Source: Podarcis cretensis (lineage: Eukaryota). Taken from it: a stretch of DNA of 64,000 bases. Shown here piece by piece: positions 26,666 to 37,589 of the stretch. The stretch is taken from positions 31,930,001-31,994,000 of the forward strand of contig OX638158.1 in the NCBI GenBank assembly GCA_951804945.1, written 5' to 3'. The notes beneath the pieces were generated by a model. The model saw only the letters and a program-made list of their open reading frames with translations, made no database searches and had not been told where the DNA came from. Positions within the stretch are counted from its first letter, which is position 1; each line of letters opens with the position of its first letter. The position numbers and the translations under genes were made by a program.

Positions 26666-27406
26666 GTGAGAGTGTGGCATTCACACTGGATATGCCTAGG
26701 AATTCATTCATTTGATCACATCTGGATCTTTTTCTTCCAAGAAGAACAGGAGAGATACGGGAAAGGGGGGCTGCAATATATCCACTCAACCCTATGAAGT
26801 AGATTAGGTTGAAAAGAGAGTAAGTGGCTCACGGTCGCCCTGTAAATGTCATGGATTTTAGCCCAGGTCTGCCCAAATTGGTACTTTATCTACTATACCA
26901 GTCTGACTTGCTAATTAAGAAAGTCAATGCACTAATTTTTAAAACATTTCAGTTTTGTTTTTTTGATCCAGATCTCCTGTCTCTGTAGTCTCTGATGCAT
27001 GATACAAGCGGGGTTAGAAGTTTTCTCTCAAGTGATGACCAAGCAGTTTAATTAGTAGCACTTGTGTGGGGAACAGTTTCTGGCCAGCTGGTCAGATTCT
27101 GAACCACCCCCATCCTGTGGTCCATTTTAACAGGTGGGTGGGGTCACCTGCTGTCTCATTGACACACACTCTTTTTGGTGCAAAAACTCATTGTGACATC
27201 AGAAGACCCAGACTAAAAAAAATGTTTTATGGTTATAGCCCAAGCCACACCTGCAGAGAACAATAATTTATCTGTGGCTTCTTTTCATGCTGGTGGTGAA
27301 ATATTTGGCTTTCTGGAAGTGCTGATCCCAGTGGCCTTGCTGTAAATTCATCTGCACTATTAATTTGACAGCACTTGTGTGTGTTGTGAAGCACTCTTGG
27401 GATACT

Positions 27407-27651
27407 TTCCCTGCATGTTCCGCCTGGCCTTTGGTTTGGACTCGGTCTGCTGACCCTTATGTTTCCCTCTCCTTATGGTCTTGATTTATCAGCTATTTTA
27501 AAATGAGGCTGCATTTAAAATTTTATTTTAACCTGTATTTTAAATTGGTTTTCCCCCCCTCTCTTTTTCCCCTATTATGTTTTTACTGTGGTTTTATTGG
27601 TGTTAGCCGCCCTGAGCCCGGTTCTGGCCGGGGAGGGCGGGGTATAAATAA

Positions 27652-27695
<44 letters not shown>
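27407..27695 (+). mobile_element. LINE (L2-like) 3' end with (ATT)n tail
   Basis: ...ttagccgccctgagccc...gggcggggtataaataaa followed by (TTA)n; 5' boundary approximate. Confidence 0.6.
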
Positions 27696-27697
<2 letters not shown>

Positions 27698-28536
27698 GTG
27701 GGGAAGTGTGTGTGTCTGTCTGTTTCTCTCTCTCTGCGGCCCCTTCTGCGGCGCTTCTCTCCCGGGCATCGGAGAACAAGAGAAAAGCAGAGAGGAAACA
27801 GACAGACAGACAGACACAGACAGAGGACTCAGCGTGGGACTCGGGAAAACCAGGAGCTGGCTGACCGACCCATTCACCAGGGAAGCTGGAGTCGCTCTGT
27901 TGGGTTGGGCTTTGGGTGGGCAGGAAGGAGAACTGAGGCTCATTGGCTTCGCAGCGTGCAGGCAGCAAGGTCTCCTGTTGTGAGGTGTCTTCAAGGAGCA
28001 GCTTGCCTCCACCCCTTCACTTCTTCTAGCCCCGCTTCATGACATTCACTCCTTCTGCGCCTCGCCCGCCCTCTCACTGGCTCTCCCTCTTCCCCACCCG
28101 GTCCGTGCTCTCCAGCACAGGCGAAAGAGCAACCTCCTTCTGAGTTCAAAAAAAGGAGGGAAAGGCAACGAAATCAGGCTTATGCAAAAGCCAGGCAGAA
28201 GCATCCCGATGTGGCACATTGCAAAGCTGCCCCCTTTCCCGTGTGTGTGTTTTGCTTCGCGCAAGCGTGGCCCAGCGTAGCTCTCCTCTCCCTGGTGTCG
28301 GAGGGCAGGCTCCTCCACCCCCACCCTGTTCTGCATCATGGATCTTGAAAACAGCAGCACAGCCCGAGCCAGCTGTTTGTCCTCAAGGGTAAGAGACAGA
28401 CCCTTCTGTTTATCGATGGCTAGCTGAGCTGTTGCTCTCCGCCAAAATAAAAAATAAAAATCCAAACCTGCTTCGGATCCAAACCCACACCATCACAACC
28501 CACCCTGGTACACGTGTCATAGGTTCACCACCACTG
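27696..28536. mobile_element. GC-rich hAT (Charlie-like) element remnant; only one TIR visible
   Basis: Right end reverse-complements to CAGTGGTGGTGAACCTATGACACG; partner TIR and TSD not found. Confidence 0.5.
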
Positions 28537-28663
28537 CAGTAGAGGGAGTACATACAGTGTCACCCAGCCACTTTCTTCATTCTTATTCTTGAAGGTGTGG
28601 TAATTTATTATTATTTATTTTATTTTTGCTTTTTTGCTCATAAAAGTCTTCTTGCTTTTCCAG

Positions 28664-28820
28664 GTTAAGGTAGAATCCATGTCTGAGGAATGCAAATCTG
28701 AATCAACAGAGCAAGAAGAGAAAAAACCAGAAGTGAAGCAAGAAGTGAAGGAAGAGGAGGAAAGACCTAGTACTCCAGGTACTCAGTCTTCACCAGCTTC
28801 AGGACAGTCAAAGAGGAAAA
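28664..28820 (+). CDS. EP300: EP300 exon 16 (157 nt), CRD1 region
   Basis: ttccag|GTTAAG...GAAAA|gtaagt; VKQEVKEEEE...QSSPASGQSKRK. Confidence 0.94.
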
Positions 28821-29217
28821 GTAAGTTTACTGTTTCTTTTCAGCTACATAGAGAACGTGTGTAGTTTTCTTAAGTTTGAGACTTGAACTTCGGTACTTGA
28901 ACTTGAATTTCGGTAATAGGACATCCATAGAAGGATGTGCCTTATCTAACGAAACACTGGTTAGGTGGCAGGCCTATGAAATTTAATTATTAGCCAAACT
29001 TTACATTTACTGTGCACATTAGCTCTTGAGTAAAATATTTTTAATTCCTACTGTTGTTCCGTATCAGATTCCTGTTCTGACTATTGTAAATTAGTCAGTG
29101 CCTAACACTTCACCATTGGATAATGAGTGGGGAAACTGGAAATGAAGCATTGTCTTGATGTTAATCAGATTTCTAATTCTCTTGGTTAATTTTATGTTAT
29201 GTGTCTCCTTTCACAAG

Positions 29218-29336
29218 TTTTCAAGCCAGAAGAGTTGAGGCAGGCACTTATGCCAACATTGGAGGCACTTTACCGTCAGGACCCAGAGTCCCTTCCCTTC
29301 CGACAGCCTGTGGATCCCCAACTACTAGGAATTCCT
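29218..29336 (+). CDS. EP300: EP300 exon 17 (119 nt), bromodomain
   Basis: cacaag|TTTTCA...TTCCT|gtaagt; IFKPEELRQALMPTLEALYRQDPESLPFRQPVDP. Confidence 0.97.
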
Positions 29337-29630
29337 GTAAGTGTATTGAAAAGAAACATTTCTCTCAATGCATAACTACTTTTCCAGGGCTTTGGTGTGT
29401 AACAACAAGATCCTGTAGCTCCATCTTTTTCCTTTTTCTTTTTTTCAGATTAGTCTCCTTCAGAGCAAAGTTGTCTTCTGTACTGGGCATTTTTAAATTT
29501 GTCTGACCGAAAGCAAATGTCTTACCCATTACTTTCTGAGATGGGGTTTCAGGCTTTTGTAGATGAGATAAGCAAAGACATTCCAGGTCTGCACCCAAGG
29601 GTTCAGAATTCTTATTTATTTATTTTTCAG

Positions 29631-29870
29631 GATTACTTTGATATAGTAAAGAACCCCATGGATCTTTCTACAATCAAGAGGAAGCTTGACACAGGACAGT
29701 ACCAGGAGCCCTGGCAGTATGTCGATGATATTTGGCTCATGTTCAACAATGCCTGGCTTTACAACCGCAAAACATCTAGAGTATATAAGTACTGTTCCAA
29801 GCTGGCAGAGGTGTTTGAGCAGGAAATTGATCCAGTTATGCAGAGCCTTGGCTATTGTTGTGGACGAAAG
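29631..29870 (+). CDS. EP300: EP300 exon 18 (240 nt), bromodomain
   Basis: tttcag|GATTAC...GAAAG|gtaagg; DYFDIVKNPMDLSTIKRKL...GYCCGRK. Confidence 0.98.
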
Positions 29871-30652
29871 GTAAGGAGAGTCATCTTAAGCTGAATTTCA
29901 GGAAGTTACCCAAACACTTCAATGTCTAATTTTAAGGATCCCTTAAGTCTGTTTTGAATGCTAATATAGAAATCAAGTATGGTGAACTATTTTAGGATTG
30001 TCTTAAATTGTGTTCCGTACTTACTCCAGAGTCTTAATGTGCATCATTAAATACAACATTCAATTGTTTTCCTACTGCATGTAAGCAATAAAGCAGATGG
30101 TCCTCCAAGGCTAAGAAGTTTATTGTCCCTGGTCTACCCCTACATGTAGTTGTGTACAAAATATTTTGATGGCAAGGTTTTCTTTGGGGTAAACAGCATT
30201 CCGAATGGATAAAACTACTGCCTAATAAATGTTATGTTGTACAGGAATCATCATTAGCACCACAACATTTGTAGGTTGTGCTCTGATTCTAGGAGCTTGG
30301 GGAGGGGCGGACAGTGTTGATATTGAACTACCACCACTGATACTTCATGAATACTTATTCATGAATAATACTTCATGAATACTTATAAACAAAAACCTGA
30401 GGTTTCTGTGCAATCCCAAGTATGGGCTTTCTGCCTCTTCAGGACAGTGTCTGGAACCTTCTAGAGCTTATCCATTAGGAAAATTTGGAGCCCAGCCTGC
30501 CCTCTGGAGATAGTGTACATGCCGTCATTGGGTGGGATCTGTGCATTCGCTGCTTTTGGATTACCAATGTAGTAGCAGCTTTTGAAACTTTGCTTTAAAG
30601 TGTCTTATTTCTTGGATACCTGTAAGCAACCTGCGTTCCCCTCTCTTTTCAG

Positions 30653-30741
30653 TTGGAGTTTTCACCACAGACTTTATGTTGCTATGGCAAACAGTTATGC
30701 ACAATCCCACGAGATGCTACATATTACAGTTACCAAAACAG
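30653..30741 (+). CDS. EP300: EP300 exon 19 (89 nt), RING
   Basis: tttcag|TTGGAG...AACAG|gtaaga; LEFSPQTLCCYGKQLCTIPRDATYYSYQN. Confidence 0.97.
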
Positions 30742-32849
30742 GTAAGAAAATGCTTGGGTACAGCATTGCACCTGCTGTGAAAAATTATATTAGATATAGG
30801 CAGGCATGCACTTATATTTGTAGCATTCTCAGCAGATTACTTCCCATGCAAGCCAAGTGCCTTGTTGCATCAATTGACTTTTACTTCCTGTTTCAGAAAT
30901 TAGGATGTTAATATAAACTCTCCATATGCTTTAGATAAGTTCAAAGCTTTTGCAGTAAAACCATCATTTTTTCCTCTGTATGAAACAGTGCACAGAAAAG
31001 CATGCATGTTTGCATCTTGAGTTCACTGCATTTAACATTCAGTCTTGTCCTAAGGGATACACATTTCCTGTTTTAGATCAGTTATTTCAACCAAAGCTGT
31101 AGTTGTAAAGCTGTGTTTTGTTTGAGCCGCGTGAAAAGCAGGGTGCTTGCAAGGTCAGAGAGGGGCTGACTTCACTCTGCCTCTTACAGTCTCTCACGCT
31201 CAGCTAGAATTTCTATGGTAGTAGCACTCCTGTGTGTATGCTTGGGATCTCTTAACTATTGAGGCATAACTGTCAAGTGTTCCTGAGTATGTACTTTTGT
31301 TTAAGAAGCTAAATCTTTCACTGCATCAGACCAAGATCTACCTGGTCCAGCATCTTTTATGGGAATTTCAGTAAACCAGCAACTTCTCTGTACTCCATTG
31401 GATCTGCAGCCTTCAGTTTGTTCTCGATAGCTCTTTTCTGAAGTGGAAATTAACTGAGGAGTGAATTCTGGAGTTGTTTGATTAAATAATCATCACCGTG
31501 CATCTTAATTTTACCACCTACATGATGATGGCAATCTTTCTGAAGACTTGCTTTCTGTGATAGCACGGTTCTATGTTCTGCTTTGGGGTTGGAAAACATC
31601 TGATAGGAAAAACTGTGTTTGGAGCTCTTTTAAGGGAGGAAGCAAAACTGAGAACACAACTTTTTCACGTTTTTTGTCAGGAGTATTGCTGCAAATCATG
31701 CTTTGGGTGGGTTGCTGAAGTAGATAACTAGTTCTTTAACAAATCTAAAGCTAAGCTTTAATTTATTTCTATAACTTTACAGCTTCATGCCATAAGTCAT
31801 TTTTATCACAAATGCCCACTTGAGTAAAGAAATCATCATATGTATACATATGAGCTGAGATCCAAAGAACTGCTGTAGGTGTGTACATGGGCTAGGGCAT
31901 TGCTACTGGATTTTTTTACCTTTAATCAGCAGACTGTCATGCCATATCACAGCTTTTGAAATTAAGAGGAGTTTCAAAATCAATGTCGAATGGAAGGTTG
32001 CTGTCCAAAACATGCAAGGCAAAGCCCCCCCCCCCCCCCAGCAGAAAACACTAAGTGGTTCTTTGGACACTGGTCTTTTGAATGTCCAAATCAATGTTTG
32101 TCATTGTATCAGTGTAATAAATAAACTAACCTGTTATAGATAGGAAACATAGGTGGTGAAGAAGTGATCCGTTCCTTAGCAATTACATTTCCTCTAGTGT
32201 TGGTTTTGCTTTGCTTTATAATACTGTCACAGTTTTGTTTTTTGTTTTTGTTTCTTTTTGTTGTATGTTTGCACTCAAATTAACTTACTTAGCAATGGAA
32301 AGGCTGCAGTTTCTGTGCACTCTTGAGGGTAAAAAAACATCTTGAGTAAAGCATTCAACATTAATTTAGATGAAGATGGAATCCTTTTAATATGTCAATT
32401 ATACATCAATTTGGAGGCATGGAACATCAGTACGTCACATATTAAGAACATACATATGCATATCTGATTGTCAGATGCCTTAAAGCACCTGTCATTTTGG
32501 CAGATCATGAACAATTACATAGAAATTGTTTTGGGGATGGTTACTGCTGCTTTAAACAGATGTTGCAAACAAAAAATGCTTTGAGGGGAAGGACTGGCCT
32601 GTCAACATTTGAGCATTCTCAAGATGGATTGTTTTCACCCCTTTCCAGCCCTCTCCTGGCAGATGTTCTTGTGAAAAGAGTTGCTACCCTGATGCAGATG
32701 TCAGAGCAGCAATTGCTCTTACCCTTTCTTCATTTTGATTCTCTGCTTTATTGTAGCATTGATTATTGAAATGAGGAGGGCATGGGCATACTAAAATGGA
32801 ATACTCTTTTTATTTGCTATAATTTGCTGCTTGTGATCCCATTTGAGAG

Positions 32850-33196
32850 ATTTAATGCTAATCTGTGCTTTGCCTTGGCTTTCTGCTTTGTGTTGTCCTG
32901 TCTTGCTTCTGTGTTTTTGTTTTTCGTCCTGCAAATCCCTATTTCTTTGTTCGTGTGTGTGTGTTGTTTTTTTATTTCTCCTTCATGCTTGTCGTTGTCT
33001 GCACTTGGCTTTGATTGCAAAAAAACCAACCCAAACAAAAAAACAAAACAAAACACAAACTCTGGGTCCCATAAATCTTCATCATTGAATGTCCCTGTCG
33101 CCGTTGATGACCTGCTCTCTGCTCCCGCCCCCCTCCTTGGCCTGCTGTGATTGGTGGCTCCGTTGCTTGGCTTGGGCTGTGTTGTGTGGACGGAAC
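32850..33196 (+). promoter_or_regulatory. AG-exclusion zone with distal branch-point candidate (TGCTAAT, 32856-32862) and long U/UG-rich tract upstream of exon 20
   Basis: No AG dinucleotide between 32848-49 and 33197-98, checked line by line. Confidence 0.75.
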
Positions 33197-33228
33197 AGTT
33201 CACCCAAATATGGCCTTCTTGCCGACAG

Positions 33229-33309
33229 GTATCATTTCTGTGAGAAGTGCTTCAATGAAATTCAAGGAGAGAGCGTTTCTTTGGGGGACGACCCATCACA
33301 GCCTCAAAC
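33229..33309 (+). CDS. EP300: EP300 exon 20 (81 nt canonical; 111 nt if the upstream acceptor at 33199 is used), RING
   Basis: cgacag|GTATCA...CAAAC|gtgagt; RYHFCEKCFNEIQGESVSLGDDPSQPQT. Confidence 0.95.
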
Positions 33310-33845
33310 GTGAGTAGCTATCTCCTTTCTAATTATTTTTAAATTTCTTAACAACATTTATCATAGCATTAGTCAATCTCATACTCTAAATACTATTAAA
33401 CAATTTACATCAAATTTATGGTAAAATTCCTTATTTAATGCTGAGGCCTTGTGCAATTATGGGAGGAACAGAGGACAGGAATATTATTTGAAAACTAGAC
33501 AAACCTTATGTTTCAGAATGAGCTTTAGCTTTTAAAACACATATTTTGGTGAGAATATGAAAAACCACTTTTGAAAAGTAGAAGCATTCTTCCAGTTTAT
33601 ATGCTAGATTTAGTAACGACCTAATGTTTAAGAATTCCAATCCCACCTGAGCCTGCAAATTTTTTTGTTGCTTCTGCTTGTAGAAAAGAGACTTCACAGC
33701 TTGCTTTAACTTTTAACTATTTTGTGCATGTGCATGCACACACATACACACAATGACTACCTTTAATCTGTTGAGCAGGAGATCCAGTAAGGAATTGTTC
33801 AGGCAGGTACCTAACTGAAAGCAGGCCTAAATTTGAAAACACGGG

Positions 33846-34669
33846 TGTCAGAGCTGCTTCTAGGTCCCAGCTCACAGAGGACCAACGCGAGGCTGTCGTT
33901 ATGTACAAAGTCTTTATTGAGGTTCAGTTTCCATTTCAAAAGCGCAGCGCGCAGCTCTACGTCTTAACCCTAGACCGGCGAAGTACCGTCTGAGTCTCCT
34001 CACCTATGACACCAGTTTAAGATCCTAGCCCTGCTCCACCTTTTACGCTGCTCTCTCCTCCTCTGGGTCTTCCTGCCCGCTGGGGCATTGCCCTTTCTGG
34101 ACTCTTCCGACGCTGAGTCGCTTAGCTCCTCCCCCTCCCTCCGGCGGGCTTTAGGACCCGGTTCCCAATCCTCATTCTCTGCTGTCCCGCGCTCCTGTAC
34201 ATTTGAACTTGCCTCTCGCGCCAACCCAGTGACCTTCTTCCTGACCGTTACACTACTTCTGTCACTGCTTCCCTCTTCCGGGATACTGGCCGGATCTGAC
34301 CTCCCCTCCGTTGTCTGACTCTCCGATGGAGGTGTGGTCAGCCCTGCCTTATCTTCTCTCCCTGGTGGGGAATGCACTGGCCCCGATCCTTGGGACTCTT
34401 CCCCCCCACTCTGCTCTGGTGGGGAAGCTGGTCCTGATTTCCAACTACTGCTCTGGGAGTCCCCGCTGCCCCCTTGCTCCTGGGGCGTTCCCCTTGGGAA
34501 CCCCCTACTCCTGGCCACTGGCGCCCCCTTCTGTGAATCTTCCGATTCGCTGGAGAGGCTCATGGAATCCCTCAGTCCACTGTCCTCTTCTCCTACGCTC
34601 CCCTCGGATTCTTCCCCTTCGCTCTCCATCTCCTCTCTTCCCTGTGCCTCTGCTCCTGAACCCCTGACA
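33846..34669 (-). mobile_element. Solo LTR (824 bp, Gypsy-like), antisense to EP300
   Basis: TGTCAG...CTGACA termini, exact 5-bp TSD ACGGG (33841-45, 34670-74), minus-strand AATAAA at 33913-33918. Confidence 0.88.
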
Positions 34670-36159
34670 ACGGGTGACAGATTTTCCTGCTCAAAATAGG
34701 GTTATGTTGGAGCAGAGTGTTCATAGGAATTGTTTGCTGGAGGTTGCAACCATGTTCTGACACTTAGAATATTTATGTGCCTTTACATATTGGCCATATT
34801 TGAACGCCACATCCTCTTCTCCTTAGGCACAGCTACAAGGATGAGATGAGAACTGCATGTTGTCCAAACCCTAAACTGTGACTAACCTTAACTATGGCTT
34901 GCAACAACTCAACTTCAAACCATGTGTTATGAAGCATGCTTGTTTCAAACAACCCATAGTTAATGCTAGCCACAGTTTAAGTTAAGTTCAGATGACATGA
35001 TGTTGCGGTTAATCTAACCCAGAAGTGGAACCATTGGAACTCTCAGGAGGGGAGTGCACAAGCTCAAGGCTTGTGGCTCACTCTTGTCATGATGATGTGT
35101 GACTTGTCGTGAAATCTGGACTGGGTCAATGTGTAAGGCTCCCTTGCTTCAACTTCAATATTTGTAATGTTGTTCTGATAGTTCCATAATATGTGAAATA
35201 GATTACTTAATTGCAGTAAGTGGGGGTCCTTTGCCTGATGAATTCTGGTTATATGTGAAAATATATAAACAGGGAAGGTTTTAGAAGCAGGAAAGAGCCT
35301 AATGCCGAGGATTAAACAAGAAGCGCTTGGAAGGAGACTTAGCTAAAAACTTAGTCTTCAGTCTTGTCCACCACTAATTTAACCTACAGGAGAAAATATG
35401 TAGTTGATTTTTGGAGAAGAAGTGCCTAAAATGCTTTTAAATACAATTTTAATGCTAAAATACACTGGATCTCAAGAGACATAATTTTTAGTCTGGTTGG
35501 ATTCTGAGGCAGCAAATGTCTTCCAGAAAAGGAAAGTTTCCTACCCTTCAAAAGGTGAAAGGGAGCTAGCCAAGAACATCCTAGATGTCCAGATTTTTCC
35601 TCTAGTCCAAGAGCACTCTTTGAAATCTGAGAAACTGTTGTAGGCACTACAAAATAACCTTTCATATCCAGGCCAAGTTCAAGGTGTTACTATTGATATA
35701 TTAATACAAAACCCTCAACAACTTGGGATCCATTTACTTGTGAGATCACCTTACCTCATTATATGCACATTTAATCTTTGAACATTTTAAAATACCTATT
35801 TTAACTTTTTTTGTTGACATTACATTAACTTATGTCTTGTAAACTACTTAGAGGTTTATTACAATTAAGCAGTACGGTATATAAACTTCGTTAAATAAAC
35901 ATCACAGAAGGTTAACAAGTAATGCTTAGATACACACACACCAAAGCAGGCAGAATACCTCTCCCCCACAAAAAAAAATAATACAAACAATTGCCACTCC
36001 CCTGTCCTTCCCCAAACTTGACATTTATTCATTTTGTATACTGCCCTTCACCCACAGATCTCAGGGCAGTTAGTTCACAACATTAAATTACAATATAAAA
36101 ACCACAAAATACATAGTAAAAAAGAACAACATCAACAACTTATAATGAAGGGATTTGAG

Positions 36160-36620
36160 AAGTGGGGTCCCTAAGAATTTGGGTTAGTACTGGTGCTTTT
36201 TAACTTGTTCATAAATCACCTGAAATTAAGCACGAGCAGTGTATTAGCCAGTTTTACTGATGATACTGAATTATTAAGGTGGTAAAACCAAAAGAGTATT
36301 GTGAGGACCTCCAAAAGAATCCAAACTGGATGAATGGGCATTAAAATAGCAAATGCTGTTCAGTGTAAGCAAGTATGAAGTAATGTGCAACGGGGCAAAG
36401 CATCCTAACTTCACATATATGCTTATAGAGTCTGACCTGATGGTTACTCATCAGGAGTGAAATCTTGAAATCATCATTGGTAGCACAGTGAAAATGTTGA
36501 CCTATTGTGTGGCAGCTGTGCAAAAGGCAAATTCCATGTTTGGGATCTTTGGTAAAGAGACTGGGGAAAACTCTAAATATCACAATGTGATTATACATAT
36601 TTGTAGAGTGACCACAACTC
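36160..36620 (+). mobile_element. Degraded CR1 LINE reverse-transcriptase fragment
   Basis: Decayed SGVP...LFNLFINHL...FTDDT-L motifs, corresponding to GVPQG/LFNIFINDL/FADDTKL. Confidence 0.8.
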
Positions 36621-36829
36621 CCCATTAAAAAGGGTGGGCAGAGGGTCTTGGCTTGTACCAAGGTGGGTGCCTGGGGGCAATGTGATACTTGCAGGTGTCA
36701 AACTGGGGACCCCAGCCTATATCTTACAGCTGCTGTCCATACCTCTTTGAGAGGATACAGTAATAGCACCACCTCCCAAAATTTCAGTTCCATATGGGGT
36801 ACCTATGATATTCCTTCATGTTATGAGGG

Positions 36830-37050
36830 CCCAGATCAGGTAAGGCCTTAAAAGCTGAAACCAGAAATTTGAGTTTGTGGTTGGAAGCAAACCAGTAATC
36901 GATCCTATTAAGTGTAGCATAATTCTTATGGCCAGCAAAAGTCTGCTACATTCTGAATCAACTTCTGAAAAAAATTCTAAAGCAGCTTTATAGACAGCAC
37001 ACTGCAGTAGTTCAGTGGTGGAAGTTACAAAAGCACGTGCCACAACAGTT
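36830..37050 (-). mobile_element. Degraded L2 LINE ORF2 fragment
   Basis: Frameshifted AFVTS...YCS motif on the minus strand. Confidence 0.55.
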
Positions 37051-37191
37051 ATTAACAATAATTTCCTAACCTAATTTAATTAGTTTGATATTGTTCTAAA
37101 AGGGTGCTTTTCAACAAAGCCTCTTTGGAATAGCTTACCATAGTAGAAAAGAATGAAATAGCTAGCAACATTGCGATAAACAAAATCATGT

Positions 37192-37308
37192 ATCTGATAA
37201 AGTAAGCTCTAGTCCGTGAAAGCACATGCCATAATAAAATGTGTTGGTCTTTAAGATGCCACAAGACCCTGTTAATTTTGCTGTAACAGACTAACATGGC
37301 TACTACCT
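37192..37308 (+). mobile_element. Penelope-like element terminal fragment
   Basis: CTGATAAAG...GAAAGC...AATAAAA...GGTCTTTAAGATGCCACAAGAC...AACAGACTAACATGGCTAC resembles the recalled reptile Penelope repeat end. Confidence 0.6.
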
Positions 37309-37589
37309 GTCTGGTAACAATAAACCCAAGTAAACAGCAAGGGGGGGAAATATGACAGTCACTAAAATAATAGATCAGATTGCAGCAGCAATTTGATTAA
37401 AAGCCTTCGTAAAAAGGAAATTGAGCTGAATCAAGGTAGAAGTAACTGCCATATTTATGTCTAGAGAGACTATTCAAAGACAAAGCACCATCACTGAATA
37501 GATGCTCTCACTAAAAGAGTTGAGGGCACCTGGAAAAGGGTGTTGGAAGGTGGACACCCTTTTATAAGAAAAGGTGGTCCTTCTTAAGT

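Noticed and set aside
27503-28465. ORFs of 95-179 aa on both strands
   Set aside because: They run through a LINE tail, (ATT)n and a GC-rich transposon remnant; poly-Leu/poly-Ile come from the microsatellite and no domain is recognisable
30340-30386. Short tandem TACTTCATGAATA duplication
   Set aside because: Looks like local slippage with no functional clue
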